This document shows positions 50,309 to 63,649 of a stretch of 64,000 nucleotides of DNA, piece after piece; the stretch's first letter is position 1, and each line of letters begins with the position of its first letter. Source of the stretch: Antedon mediterranea (lineage: Eukaryota > Animalia > Echinodermata). The position numbers were made by a program, and so were the translations under genes. The notes below the pieces were generated by a model. The model did no database searches. It was not told the origin of the DNA and saw only the letters and a list, made by a program, of their open reading frames with translations. Location of the stretch: contig NC_092670.1 of NCBI RefSeq assembly GCF_964355755.1, positions 2,842,201 through 2,906,200 of the forward strand. The letters run 5' to 3'.

Positions 50309-50665
50309 TCAAATTATAATATATGGCTTTTTGAATATTTCCGAAATTTTATTGTATTAAACATTATGTGAAAACAATTTAGAATTTTGGCATAGTGACC
50401 ACTAGAAGTGTTTATTTTACACCACACTTAACCTCTCATGTGCTAGTAGACATTTCTACTAATAACCCTAATAAACGTACAACGATTTCCTGAATGACCT
50501 TTGATGGTCCAGTTTTTCTTTCACCAATTCTTCCATCCCTTCCACCACAAGTCCGCATCCAATCAAAACCATCACCTCTTTCTTGAGTCCAGCCATAACC
50601 AGTACTCTCAAAATCTGTTTTGACTATAAAACATATATGCTATGACGTTATCGAAATTCCTTCAC

Positions 50666-50707
50666 TTGCACTGATGAAGGACTAGTTTTGTCCGAAAGCT
50701 CTGCTAA
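50666..50707 (+). ncRNA. Minimal type I hammerhead ribozyme (Penelope-like/retrozyme type)
   Basis: TTGCA-CTGATGA-A-GGAC(tagtttt)GTCC-GAAA-GC-TC-TGCTAA: conserved core, stem II, palindromic AGCT minimal stem III, stem I GCA/TGC. Confidence 0.75.
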
Positions 50708-50825
50708 TTTTTCTGGCTGTTTTACTTTATCGTTTTGATTTAGCTTTTCGCTTTTTTTTGTATCTCCATTGAGATCCAGCCACTGATACCCACAGCATTG
50801 TCATTTTTCAGTAATTTGCCTTTGG

Positions 50826-50946
<121 letters not shown>

Positions 50947-52029
50947 ACTAAATTAACACTTTGGGAGACATGCTATTTTTTTGTATATTTGGGAGACAAT
51001 GACAAAATGGCTGATTATTATACTTTGACATATATTTTACATACACCCTTTCATTTTATTTCATTAAAGGCATGTTACTACATATTTAAAAACAAAAAAA
51101 ATTATGATAACAATTAAACTGTAAGATATATATGTTTTAAGTTGTTATTTTTGTCTCCCAACTGTTTTTCAAACTCTAAAATGTACATTTGGGAGACTTG
51201 ACAGTGTACATAACATATTACAGTATAAAAATGTCTTATTTACAGATTAAACAGTGCAAAAATAGTGCAAAGTCAACAATACCAGTACAAAGCTCATTAA
51301 AACCATTCCAATTATTACTATTGATAGAAAAAAACATACCAATGTTAAATTGATGAAAAAAAAATTGTTTTTTGTTAATTGTTCAGAAGGGTTTTTAAGA
51401 GGGTGGGGGCATGAAATGCTAACAATAATTAACCCTCGAAATGAAAATCTACAACACGATTAATATCAAGGTGTTAAAATATGGTACAAATTGTTAAAAA
51501 TGCTTTGTAAAGATCATCTTCAGACAACAATTCTACTAAAAATATAAATGTGTTATAATACAGTATTCAAAATAAAAATTCTATTTTTTTGAATAAAAGG
51601 AACATTTTATTTCGCTTTGTAACCTAGCTGAAAGTTAAACCAGCCCGAATGAATTAGATCAAGCAACAAACTTACTCAAAATAAAGAAGTTCAACAAATT
51701 TGCAATTTCTTTAAGATAGATTTATTAAGAGTCCACATGCCAAACCTATTCAATTTAACAGAATATCTAAACTTTGAAACAATTTTAGCTTGTAAGGTGA
51801 AGATTGTACAAACAAAGTAATTGATACTGTTTTCACATTAAATAAATAATGTATACATAGAGTACACAGTAATTATAGTGTAGCAAGTCTCAATAAATTG
51901 CATGCTATAATAATAATATTTTATTGACATATACGATGTACATCGGCGGCAATCAATTTCATAAAAGCTGCGTCAAAAAAAATAAATAAAAATCATTTAT
52001 GCAAGCATTACATATACAATTATGTACAG

Positions 52030-52730
52030 ATAAAAATAAATTGCATATTATTATCAATATTACAGGAAATTGTAATACAGCAAATATATAATTTAATCAG
52101 AATCAAATCTTGTGCCATTAGGCAAATTGTTACCACATTGCAGTCTCAATAAATTGCATACTATTATCAATATTACAGGAAATTGTAATACAGCAATTAT
52201 ATAATTTAATCAGAATCAAATTTTGTGCCATTAGGTAAATTGTTAACACATTGCAGTCTCAATAAATTGCATACTATTATCAATATTACAGGAAATTGTA
52301 ATACAGCAATTATATAATTTAATCAGAATCAAATCTTGTGCGATTAGGCAAATTGTTAACACATTGCAGTCTCAATAAATTGCACACTATTATCAATATT
52401 ACAGGAAATTGTAATACCGCAATTATATAATTTTATCAGAATCAAATTTTGTGCCATTAGGCAAATTGTTAACACATTGCAGTCTCAATAAATTGCATAC
52501 TATTATCAATATTACAGGAAATTGTTTTACAGCAGTTATATAATTTAATCAGAATCAAATCTTGTGCCATTAGGCAAATTGTTACCACATTGCAGTCTCA
52601 ATAAATTGCATACTATTATCAATATTACAGGAAATTGTAATACAGCAATTATATAATTGAATCAGAATCAAATCTCGTGCCATTAGGTAAATTGTTAACA
52701 CATTGCAGTCTCAATAAATTGCCTACTATT
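52030..52730. repeat. 113-bp tandem repeat, about 6 copies
   Basis: CAGTCTCAATAAATTGC recurs at 52141, 52254, 52367 and onward. Confidence 0.93.
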
Positions 52731-52852
52731 AACAACAATACATCTTTAAGAAAATTGTTAATAGAGCTGATATTAGCATGCAATGTATTTGGACTGCTAC
52801 ATCAATATATTAACAATTTGCAAATTGTTAATACATTGATTTTTATGACATC

Positions 52853-55800
52853 TCACATCTCCATTTTCTCCATCCTTTCTTTAATTTGTCTTTGCCTCTT
52901 TACTCGTTCATTCATAACTTTTGATCTTACGGTCTTCCATGGATAGCTCTCATGCAGCATATATTTGTTTAAAAATGTCAAAGCTTCATTCTTAGCTACA
53001 ATACAAACAAAAAAACAATAATAATATCTCTAATTATTAATTGATGGTTTATTATGTGTTATTACATGAAAAAAAACATCCAAACTTTTTGAAAAGAGTA
53101 TGCCCTGTTTTTTTTTTCTTGCATTTTTTTTTCTTCTCGCATAAGGATTATAAAGCGTAGGTCCAGTGTACACACACTGCTGAACCTAGTACATATTTCA
53201 AAGACAAGTAGGGGAGTTACATCTGGTGTACCAGTTCATACAGCCACTGTCGTGGACAGACGAGAAAGCGCCGATCAAGCTGATTGGCAGCATAGACATG
53301 ATGCTACATGTACCTTTCAAACTTTTTCTTCTTTTCTCAATTATCTCCTCTTCCTCTTCCGAATCCATCAACCTGTCATCTGTGAAATATCAAAGAAGTC
53401 ATAGAGAATTGTTTTATATTTATTCATATATTCCTAAGTCATATTAGATGGTGAACAAAACTGTTTGGTAATATCTGAATTGCCTTCAAAAAATTGATTC
53501 TGGGGTACCAAGAGCAAAGATCTGGGTTGGTAATAAAACTTTTGAACCAGACCCTTTATGGGGGAGGAGGGAGTGCAACGTTTCTATGTACTCTATTGTA
53601 GTAGTGGAGTCGCTCATACTCTAGGCAAAGATTTAACTAAAGGTTTGGTTTCTTTTTGCCAAATTGAAAAATATTTAGCCACATTTAAAACACAAACAGC
53701 ACATATTTCTGCATACCTTTCTTTCTTTTTCTTCTTTTCTCAATTATCTCCTCTTCCTCTTCCGAATCCATCAACCTGTCATCTGTGAAATATCAAAGAA
53801 GTCATAGAGAATTGTTTTTTATTTATTCATATATTCCTAAGTCATATTAGATTAGTGAGCAAAACTGTTTGGTAATATCTGAATTGCCTTCAAAAAATTG
53901 ATTCTGGGGTACCAAGAGCAAAGATCTGGGTTGGTAATAAAACTTTTGAACCAGACCCTTTATGGGGGAGGAGGGAGTGCAACGTTTCTATGTACTCTAT
54001 TGTAGTAGTGGAGTCGCTCATACTCTAGACAAAGATTTACCTAAAGGTTTGGTTTTTTTTGCCAAATTAAAAAATATTTAGCCACATTTAAAACACAAAC
54101 AGCACATATTTCTTCATACCTTTCCTTCTTTTTCCTCTTTTACTTTTCTCAATTATCTCCTCTTCCTCCTCCAAATCCATCAACCTGTCATCTGTAAAAT
54201 ATCAAAGAAGTCATAGAGAATTGTTATTCATATATTCGTGGACCAAGACTTCTATGTATGTAGTGATTTGTTTATACATTCTCCTATCCTCCTACGATAA
54301 TTGTTTTTAATAGCTGAAAACCGGTTGAACAGCTAGAGTACAGCATCATAATGTTGAAGACAGGCCGATTTTCTTTAAAAAATACTATTTTGATAGATTT
54401 AATATACGATTATACAAATGTATTGATTTGCGATGAATGGAACATCCCAATCTCTCAGTCTGCCAGAGTTTGGTTTAACACAAGTAGGTAAATTTATGAG
54501 CCCTTGGTTTAACACATACGGTATATTTGTAACCGTTACCCGATGAAAGCCCAGTAAATATTTGTTTTATAAAATTAAAAGTTTCAAAATACAATTTCAA
54601 AAGAAACATAAAATGTAAAACACTTACTTCATCACTAGTTTCAGATATTGAATCGTCTGGCCTATAGGAAGTGTCCACATCAGATGCCTATTCAAAAGGA
54701 AAAATATAAAAATACTATTTGTATACTAATTGGAAAATACATTGAGGGATGTTCCATACAGTTACAATGATATACTGTAAAATATTTTATTTTCAACATT
54801 TTGCCTTTTTATTTTTGTAATGGAGCGTTTTTCGTCCATAAGTTTTTTTAACATACACTCAAATAATTGTAGCAAAACCATAATACTAAGTTTTAACCAA
54901 CATACTTAGTATTAAAATTATTATTTGGCACTGCCGTCAGTTACTATTCTTTTATGCAGGGACTAGCTTAGCAGCCATAGCATGCCTAGTTTTCAAAGCA
55001 TTTTAGAAACATTTTAAACGCACTAGGTCTATGCTGGTATAATATTCATAACAATACAGTATTTTATAAGGTGTTATAATGTAAGCGGATAGGGATAGGG
55101 GGTATTTCATTTCTTACAAATGGTTCGCTAGATAGAGAAGTAGTAGTTTAGGCCTGGCAATACATTACGTTGTATGTTATACAAATATTTACTGGACTGA
55201 GGGGCATGGTTAAAAATATAGACCAAGGTGATCTGGAGACTATATGCTATATCCTGAGACGAAGTCGAGGGCTATATTTGTAACCGTTACCCGATGAAAG
55301 CCCAGTAAATATTTATTTTATAACATTAAAAGTTTCAAAATACGATTTCAAAATTAACATTAAAAGTATAACACCTACTTCATCACTAGTTTCAGATATT
55401 GAATCATCTGGCCTATAGGAAGTGTCCACATACCTATTAAAAAAAAAAGACATAAAAATACTATTTTTATACTAATTAGAAAAGACGTCGAGGGATGTTT
55501 CATACAGTTACAATGATACACACTTTTCATATAAAAATTTGGGCGAGGTTAGCTTTTAAAGCATTTTAGTCTATGCTGGTATAATACTTACAGTTCCTTC
55601 TTCTTCTTCTTCCCCATAGTTTGTACCAATGTCTAAGAAAACACCAAAATTCAATATTTAAAATTATATCTTATTTCCCAATGATGTCAAAATAGTCAAA
55701 CAATACTTACTTTTAATTAACATCATAAAGAAAAAATACACTATTCAAGTTACTATTAAATATCAACATATCAACACAAAAAAAAAACATTTAAAACATT

Positions 55801-57568
55801 TTGGACATGAAAACAAAACTGAACCTAAATTGAAAAATGAAATACAAATTTCAGATTGCATACCATTATTCTTAGTATCTGATCTTGGCTAAAAAAATGA
55901 ATAAATCAGGACATTTATGACAATGGCATCGTTTATGAATTTCTGCTTATGCATATATATAAATACAGTAGTTTTCTGTAATAATTTAATTTTGATAAGA
56001 GTTAATAAATACGTACAATTCTTAGACCACAGAATGTAAGACCATCTAATATGTCATATGCTGTCTTTACTGGTCGCAATCTAAATAAAAAATTAGCAAT
56101 TTATAATATAAAAGTATACATTTTTAAACCCAATGACAGTATACAGTAGGATGGTAGCAACATTTACAAATAACATATAGTGAAATATACTCATAAACTA
56201 TTAGAGATAGTGACATCCAACATTATGTACCACCAATCTGAGTTTACAATTTACAAAAGTATCAGCAGTTTTATTATGGACATTCAATTAAATAAATATT
56301 TACGTTTTTTTGGTGAACAACGTTTTGTTACAGTCAGTAGCACTGAAACAAAAAAATTTATAATTAATACTAGACAATTTTCAATTGCTGACAAAAGTGT
56401 TTAGTCTACTACAATAACTCTTCGTTCTATTGCTTATTAAAAAATATAAATATTCCTAGTCCCTTTTGAAAAATAGACTATTCCAAGATACATGATTAAA
56501 AATTACAAGTGCATCGTGTTAATAGCAATTTAATTTGGCAAATATTTACATTTTTTTTGTTGGTAAGAAAGTAGTTTTGTTTGAATTATCTTCACTGTAT
56601 GAGTTGCCACTCCTTATTGTACCACTGAAATTAACAGAAAATACTTATCAAAATACTACACAATTTTGTACTCAACATTGCTTACAAAGGTGTTTAGTCT
56701 ACTACAATAACTTTTCGTTCTATTGCTTATTTAAAAATATAAATATTTCTAATAACTTTGATAATCATTTTCTGAAAGCGGTTTGGAAGAACAACGATCA
56801 TCATGTCTTCCTAGTGTTTACAATCAAAAATAAAGAAAATTCTTATAATTCAACATTGAAAAAGAGCTTAACTTTTTAGAAAAATGGGCTATACAATGAA
56901 ATTCAAATTAAAAATTACAAACTGAGCAATTCAATTTGGTAAATATTTACATTTCCGTGGTAGTCAAGATAGTAGCCGTTTCTTCATCACTTGATGAGTC
57001 GTCATCCTTTATTCTACCTCTGAAATAAAAAGAATATACAAGTCAGAAAATGGTTGTAAAATTCTCATTCAACTAAATTACTAGATTAATATATTCATAG
57101 GTCAGCCGAATTTAATTGTACAGAAAATATTTGCATTTGTAGATTTGCAACCTTACCATTTTGAATGTCACTTTTAAACATTAACTAACTCTGGAATGTA
57201 TAATAATACAGTAATAATGTTTTTTATCTACCAGTAAGTATACCTACCCCAGAGCAAGTTTCAAATGTAATTTAAAACATCATTTATCAGATTCATACTC
57301 ACCTATATCCTCAGGGTTACTTATTAGTTTGAAGATCGTGCAACCCCTAGTCTTTCAATAAACCCGGACAGACAGACAGACATGGGTTTTATTAATTTGA
57401 GTCAAGTTCAATTAAAGTCAACGATTTGATGATAGTCAAACGTAATCAATAAGCTTAATGGAAATAATTGAATTAGGCCTCGTATCAACCCTATGTGTAT
57501 ATAATTCATATTATGTGTACTTACGATTTCTTTAAATCTCTAAACACATCTTCAAAAGAGAGTGCCAT
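52853..57568 (-). pseudogene. Micro-exon gene inside the (TA)n element: acidic/basic low-complexity exons and a Myb/SANT-like last exon
   Basis: ATG exon 57568-57525 (MALSFEDVFRDLKKS). About a dozen 25-75 nt AG/GT-bounded exons, several duplicated. Last exon 52995-52853 KNEALTFLNKYMLHESYPWKTVRSKVMNERVKRQRQIKERMEKMEM*. Exon phases are not fully consistent. Confidence 0.55.
53300..54240. repeat. Tandem repeat of about 405 bp that triplicates one micro-exon
   Basis: TCAACCTGTCATCTGT at 53368, 53771 and 54180. Each unit encodes DDRLMD(S/L)EEEE(E)IIEK on the minus strand. Confidence 0.9.
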
Positions 57569-58380
57569 CGGTTTCAGGATTGATTACCTTCCTAGAGTTT
57601 AAAAAAAACTAGAATTTGAATAGCTATAAAATCAAAATGCACTTATTTACTGTACACAGTGTATACCACAAGCATTGAGTGAGTACACTTGCTAATAACA
57701 TTACTTCTGTTTTGAGGGAAAATTATTTGAAATTGAAAATAAAATTTGTGATACAGCTGAGAATTGACTGTCATTTTAACGTAAGGTTAAAGTAGATTTA
57801 GGCTTACTTAGTTTATACAGTTTATAATATGCTTGTCTGTGTAGTACTAGTATAGGTTACTAAGCACATCAGTTTTTAGAGGGTATGACTTATGAGATGG
57901 TAAACCTAAAGACTATCTTTAACAGACAAACAAGACCTACAGCACTTCAAAGTGCTGTACTTGCCTATGTACTGCCTTCATAGCCCCCATAATCCCATAT
58001 GAATGAGAATCATAAAAAAAAGTCACAGAAAAACCTGGCTCATCCTACCACTTCTACTAGAGTACTAAGCATAGCTACCTAAAAAATAGGCTAACCCTCT
58101 AAAAGTTAACCTAGACTAGTGCCTACTACTAGGCTACTTTAGGCCTGTAGAAGTAGAAAGTAGCCTAGGCATAGGGTAGGCCTACTCTAGGCTTAATAGT
58201 AGGGGTCTACCTAGGCCTAGCTCTTAGTAGAGTGAGTTGTATTTTATAACTCTAGGCCTAGCCTAGGCCTAGAGCTAGGCATCCTTTTGAATTTGACATT
58301 GTAAATGTCAACATTTTTGTAGGTTTAGGCCTAGAGGGCCTATAATATTATAACCTTTAGTAGGCATAGGAGGCCTTAAC

Positions 58381-58416
58381 CATAGAGATATTATAGTGAA
58401 CTATAATATCTCTATG
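58381..58416. repeat. 36-bp hairpin with 7-bp TSD (P-like TIR remnant)
   Basis: CCTTAAC|CATAGAGATATTATAG-TGAA-CTATAATATCTCTATG|CCTTAAC. Confidence 0.85.
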
Positions 58417-58899
58417 CCTTAACTAACCTTCTAAGCTTATTATTATACAGCCTAGCTAGGCTAGGCCTAGCCTAGAACGTAGTAGTAGGGCTAGGCCTAG
58501 CTAGGCCTTCTTTTAGGCTAGGCTACTCTCTTTTTAGGCTAGACTAGGCCAGGGCAAGGCCTAACTAATAAGGCCCCTCCCGCTAGCTAGTAGGAGCCCT
58601 ATAGGCCTACCTATCTAGTAGCCTAGGCTTAGCCTACCTACCTAGGCCTACTTGGCATAATAGACTAGGCCTAGGCCTACCTAGCCCTCTAGCTAGGCCT
58701 AGGCCTAGGCCTAGTTAGGCTAGACGACGTATCGTATAGAATAAGGGTACTTGTTTGTAGACCCTCTCGCTGGCCCGGGCCTAGCCTCACTAGCCTTAAT
58801 AGACCTGTATATTATTGGTTGTTAGTTGTTTTATTTTATTCAAACTAGCCTACCTAGTAAATATTAGTAGTTAATTTATGCATACCAAGCATCAAAAAA

Positions 58900-59000
58900 G
58901 TTTTTCACTACCACCCCACGGCTCGCTTCCCGCCGATCCTCTTCTCGCTTCGCGCGCCGCCCGATGCATGCACACTGCGCATGCGTGGAGGAGTGGGATC
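58900..59000 (-). promoter_or_regulatory. GC/CpG-rich putative promoter and first non-coding exon of the micro-exon gene
   Basis: Local CpG cluster with GCGCATGCG (NRF1-like). Donor-like TTG|GTATG near 58885, followed by a TAGGCCTA-rich tract. Confidence 0.4.
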
Positions 59001-59466
59001 TTTGAATTCAAAGTTTTAATTCGCCTGATGATGGTGTTGTTTTAATTAAACTTCAATAAATACAATGTTTATTTTAAATTTCAGGTATAGCAAATTTTCC
59101 AGATTTAGAATCATTAAGGAAACATTACTAAACTAATTTGCTAAACATATAATCCGTTTTTTGTTGAAAATTCAAGAAATACTGAATGTCTACCAAATGT
59201 CATATACATACAACACGACATATAACCCCCTTTATTCTTATAGGGTTTAATTTTATTAATAAACACCCCTACGACTAAAATCAACTATTCTAAGTGTTTA
59301 GACATGTACTTGAATAGAAAGACTGCTTCAAATCTTAAGTTACAACTGCAGACGGTGTTTTTTACGGTATGTTAACATTAGGGAGACATCAAAATGTCTC
59401 CCAAAAGTATTTGTCTCCCAAGTATCAGATTGAAACGCCAAATTGTCTCCCAAGTGTATAATTAAT

Positions 59467-59515
<49 letters not shown>

Positions 59516-60681
59516 GGTTTTTTTACAGTGCCTCACAATGTTATTTTATGTCCGTTCATTTTTTTTTATTAAATCGAAAACAAAAGGAAATTAGAATTTT
59601 GAAAGTGTGCAATAAGCAATTATGTCCGATTTTCACTTATATTTTCAAGTATTTTTTATTAGTGGTAGGCCTACTGTTCCACGCGTATATTTATATTATC
59701 AACCCATTGCCAAAAGTAAATAGACCCAGTGTACCAACAGATTTTAAGCCGGTTACAAATACTTCTAATTTAATGTTTAAAACGATTGAATGTATCAAGA
59801 CTCAAGGAAACATTTGTAATGTAGCCTAGATAAGAACCAATTTGCATCTAGAGCTCAACGATTCTGTTAATTCTTTTCTCCATAATATTTACCAACGCCT
59901 TGATCCAAACAAAGTTATGTTAATGGTCTATCTTTATCGATTTCCCCGGTTCATTTAACACTATTTTACATCATATTTTAATTGAGAATGCGTCAATAAA
60001 TGTCAGTACCCATTGTAGTACATTGTAGGAGATTGTTAATAGACAACATTTCCGGTATAGTAATAGGAAAGAAATTTACGCGAAAATATCTTTCAGAACA
60101 ATTATTCATTGTTGCAAATATTTACGCCCCCATTCTATATATTATCCAACGATAATATATACTTTACAATTTAATTCCGAATGTAAATGTTGTTAATGGA
60201 TGGCTATACTTGTCTGTGTTATTATTCATACATCTAGATCCGTGGTTGACTTTTTAATAGGTTTGACAATGCAATACAATTCATTTCATAATTCATCATT
60301 TTCGCCGATTTTAGCTTGTAATTTGTATTAATTAAACAATTCATACATTCACAATTCTTGAAGATGAACAGGCAAAAAATTAGTTAACATACTTAGTATC
60401 TGTTACTGTACAATATTATTTTCAGATGTTTCCTTTATAAACCTCACTTCCTGAACAAGACCATTAAGTTTACAATTATGAACTATTTATAATAAGGAAG
60501 TTCATCTTAAATGTGTTGAATTGGTGCAGGATAGGCATTTGTATCCTGTCTCAAGGTTGTCAGGTCAGGTTTGTTCCATGTAAGTTTACAGTTTTGCTGC
60601 TACCATCGCGTCAAAGAGCGCGTTTATACAACACGCATTACATGCATATTCTACACGCCTACGAGAAGTGTGTTGTATAAC

Positions 60682-61135
60682 CAAAGATTGTATAGCGCCG
60701 CGTAGCGGCGCAAGATAGGTAACTGGGTGAAACCTTTGTAATCCATGGACGCCATTCCGGCGGACAAATTTGAACCGGAATAAAGTCGTTGTCAAGGCAA
60801 TATCCACGATGTTTCGGTTAAAGAACGAAGTTGTCTAACCAAACGTATCAATGTAAACACACAGAATTAATCGGTAAGTGTCCAGATCCCAAAGAAACTT
60901 TTATTTTACTTTGTTTACATAATTTCTTCCCTTTTCCATGAATCATTCATCAAGATGGTTAACCACAGATACTTCGAGGCGGACCGCAAAGTTTAAACCA
61001 TTTACATTTAAATCACAATAATAACCTGTCCGTCCGAATGGCGTCCATGGATTTACTGGGCGCGTAGTGTTATAAGATAGGAGCTTGGCAACAGTTACCT
61101 ATCTTGCGCCGCGTAGCGGCGCTATACAATCTTTG
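60682..61135. mobile_element. P-superfamily-like MITE
   Basis: TIR of about 45 bp CAAAGATTGTATAGCGCC...GATAGGTAACTG. 7-bp TSD GTATAAC. Confidence 0.85.
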
Positions 61136-61494
61136 GTATAACAACAAAGGTTGTGTTTATGAACATTTAAAGTATCTGGATATGCCAGAGGTCTCTCCTG
61201 ACAAGGCTAAATCAAAATTCTCCCTACCGTTTACAGACTTCTAGGTATCCGGCTACTCATGGCCTTATTTTCAGCCTGATTTGCGTGATTATCTCATAAA
61301 ATACATTGTTTAATCCAGCAAGGTCGCCTTCAACTCCCCTGAGGACAAGCCAACCCTCCAAATTTGCCGGGCTGAGGTTGGTCCGGATAACCCAGGTGGT
61401 AGTACTCAAAAAAGTCATTAAGGGTCATTAAGGCATGATTAATGACCCCAAAAGATGAAAAGTTATCCGGATACTTGCTGTTCGTAAACGGGCC

Positions 61495-63380
61495 GCGATT
61501 TTTTTTTCGTACATAAGTTGGGGACCCCCTCATGAAACGTCACAAAATAAACATGAATAATTCATCAGTTAAATTTTCTTGTTCCGTGTGCACCCAAGCG
61601 TATAGCAACAAGAAGTGATTACAGTAGTTTACACAAGTGCGGTACGATTCTAGGCCTATCTCCGCTGTGGTTGCCGCGTGCGATTTCATAATAGAATAGC
61701 GGCGTTTTGTGTGGATTGTCGAAATAATCAGCCTTTAGTTTATGGTGTGTTTAATATAATTTATTACTAAAGAATTACGTGTTAAAATTATAGTTTCTAT
61801 TGATACTATAATTAGGCCTAATTGCTATTCTCTAAACCCATGTCTATTCTAGTGTTCATATACGCGCAGTTCCTTTGATTACATGCATATTGTTTGATAA
61901 TAAAATAGCAGAATTAAAAAAATACAGTACACAAATTATACACATTCTTTATTCTTGTGGGTCTAAGCTTTCTTTGGGGGGTGTCACGAAAGCTCAGACC
62001 ACGAAAGCTCAGACCCCCTAAGACCTAAGATCACGAAAGCTAAGACCCAACACCTAAGATTACAAATACTAAGATATACTACAGCTTAAAAACAATACTT
62101 GTTTATCCATACATAATTTTAAACACAGTAGGTTTCATTTATTACCATAAATATAATTTAATACTACCGCAAAACATAGATAAACTCACATTATTTTCGC
62201 CCGTTGAGTAAATGTATATTTTTTCTTTACAACAAACAAACTTGACGGGTTGTTTGTTGGTATATATTTACTCCATTGTGTTGGTTCAGAGGATGTTTTT
62301 CTTACGCACCTGCCTTTCTTGTATTTTGACTCCAAATTTGTTGACTAACTTTATCTTGAACACCACACTTTAAAATTAGGACTTATAAGTACTTTTAGAA
62401 GGAGAAACACATAATAACAAATAAATAAATCCTTTAAATTGATGATTTTACAGATGTGTTTCTTTGTATACTGTAATGACAATGTAACTCCTCGAGCTCC
62501 CCATGCTCAATGTTTTTGTTTCTATGGAGCGCCAAAAGAGCAACAATAATAGTACAAGTATAAAAACAGAAAGAAAACGAAACAAAAAAACTTATCATGA
62601 TTTTTAAATTAAAATTTATTTGCCAGTATTTATTTCTTCGTACTTGCATGATTATACTATTATCATTACAATTTTAATTTTACATTGTTCCATCCACACT
62701 GTAGATGGACTCCACAGAGTTTTCAGCCCTCTATATAATTTTTGCTCTTTTGACGTTCCATAGAAACAAAAACATTGAAAATGGCCCATGGGGTAGGCCT
62801 CTGTACTGTAGGCTAGTAATTTTGTGTGCGAGAAAAACGTCTGTAAAATCATCAATTTAAAAATGTATTTGTTACTTTTTATGTGATTCTTTTTCATGAA
62901 AGTGCCAATTCTAAGGTGTGGTATTCAGAATAAATGTTGGGAGTTAAAAATACAAGGCAGGTGCGAAAGATAAATATTTGTAATCTTAGGTGTTGGGTCT
63001 TAGCTTTCGTGATCTTAGGTCTTAGGGGGTCTGAGCTTTCGTGGTCTGAGCTTTCGTGACACCCTTTCTTTGGGCTATATCCAATGAATTACTACTTAGT
63101 GTAATGTCTTGCCTAGCTGTCGATTAGCCTCGACTCGACACATTTTACATAGTGGTGTGTGTGTGTGTGTGTGAAGAAGAGTGCGCGAAGGCAATCACGT
63201 GAATTGACTTAGAATCCTAGGCCTACTGTAAAAGTATCGTATCGCAGTTGTGTAATCACTTCTTGTTGCTATACGCTTGGGTGCACACGGAACAAGAAAA
63301 TTTAACTGATGAATTATTCATGTTAATTTTGTAACGTTTCATGAGGGGGTCCCCAACTTATGTACGAAAAAAAAAATCGC
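61495..63380. mobile_element. MULE-like non-autonomous element
   Basis: TIRs of about 130-160 bp starting GCGATTTTTTTTTCGTACATAAG. 9-bp TSD AAACGGGCC. Confidence 0.88.
61979..63064. mobile_element. Nested MULE-like element with internally repetitive TIRs
   Basis: TIR of about 90 bp GGGTGTCACGAAAGCTCAGACC.... 9-10 bp TSD TTTCTTTGG(G). Confidence 0.85.
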
Positions 63381-63649
63381 AAACGGGCCCATAGAGATTC
63401 CGTGTAATGAGATTTTAATTGCAAAAAAGGCTACTTGGCTGAATCCTAACATTTGGTGGATTCCCGGTCGCCGTTACCGTGTTGGAAGTGTCCTCAGGGT
63501 CTATTTTGACCTCTCGTTAAAACAGGTCGTAATATAAATCATGTCATGCGACGTTGCTAACAAGATTGGGCCCATTTATTGCTGCTTCGCTGCCAGCAAT
63601 CATCCTCCTACCACGTCTTATTTTACGCCTAGCCATAAATCAGCATTAA

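Larger units (their letters stand above)
44987..50623 (-). pseudogene. MAM-domain plus EPTP/EAR-repeat gene, disrupted. Exons about 50623-50433, 48956-48603, 45878-45688, 45252-44987
   Basis: MAM motifs DFES..GWTQ..DGFDW..TGPS; LSFYYHMYG..VGSLTVY; LWKKSGNQGDRW; GDIAIDNI. EAR-like motifs FTNNGDTYLVVVN..IVYIWD..HQPIP and FFERDGEYFLGQSN..FNIYQWV*. In-frame TAG at 48913-48915 and at least three frameshifts. Confidence 0.78.
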
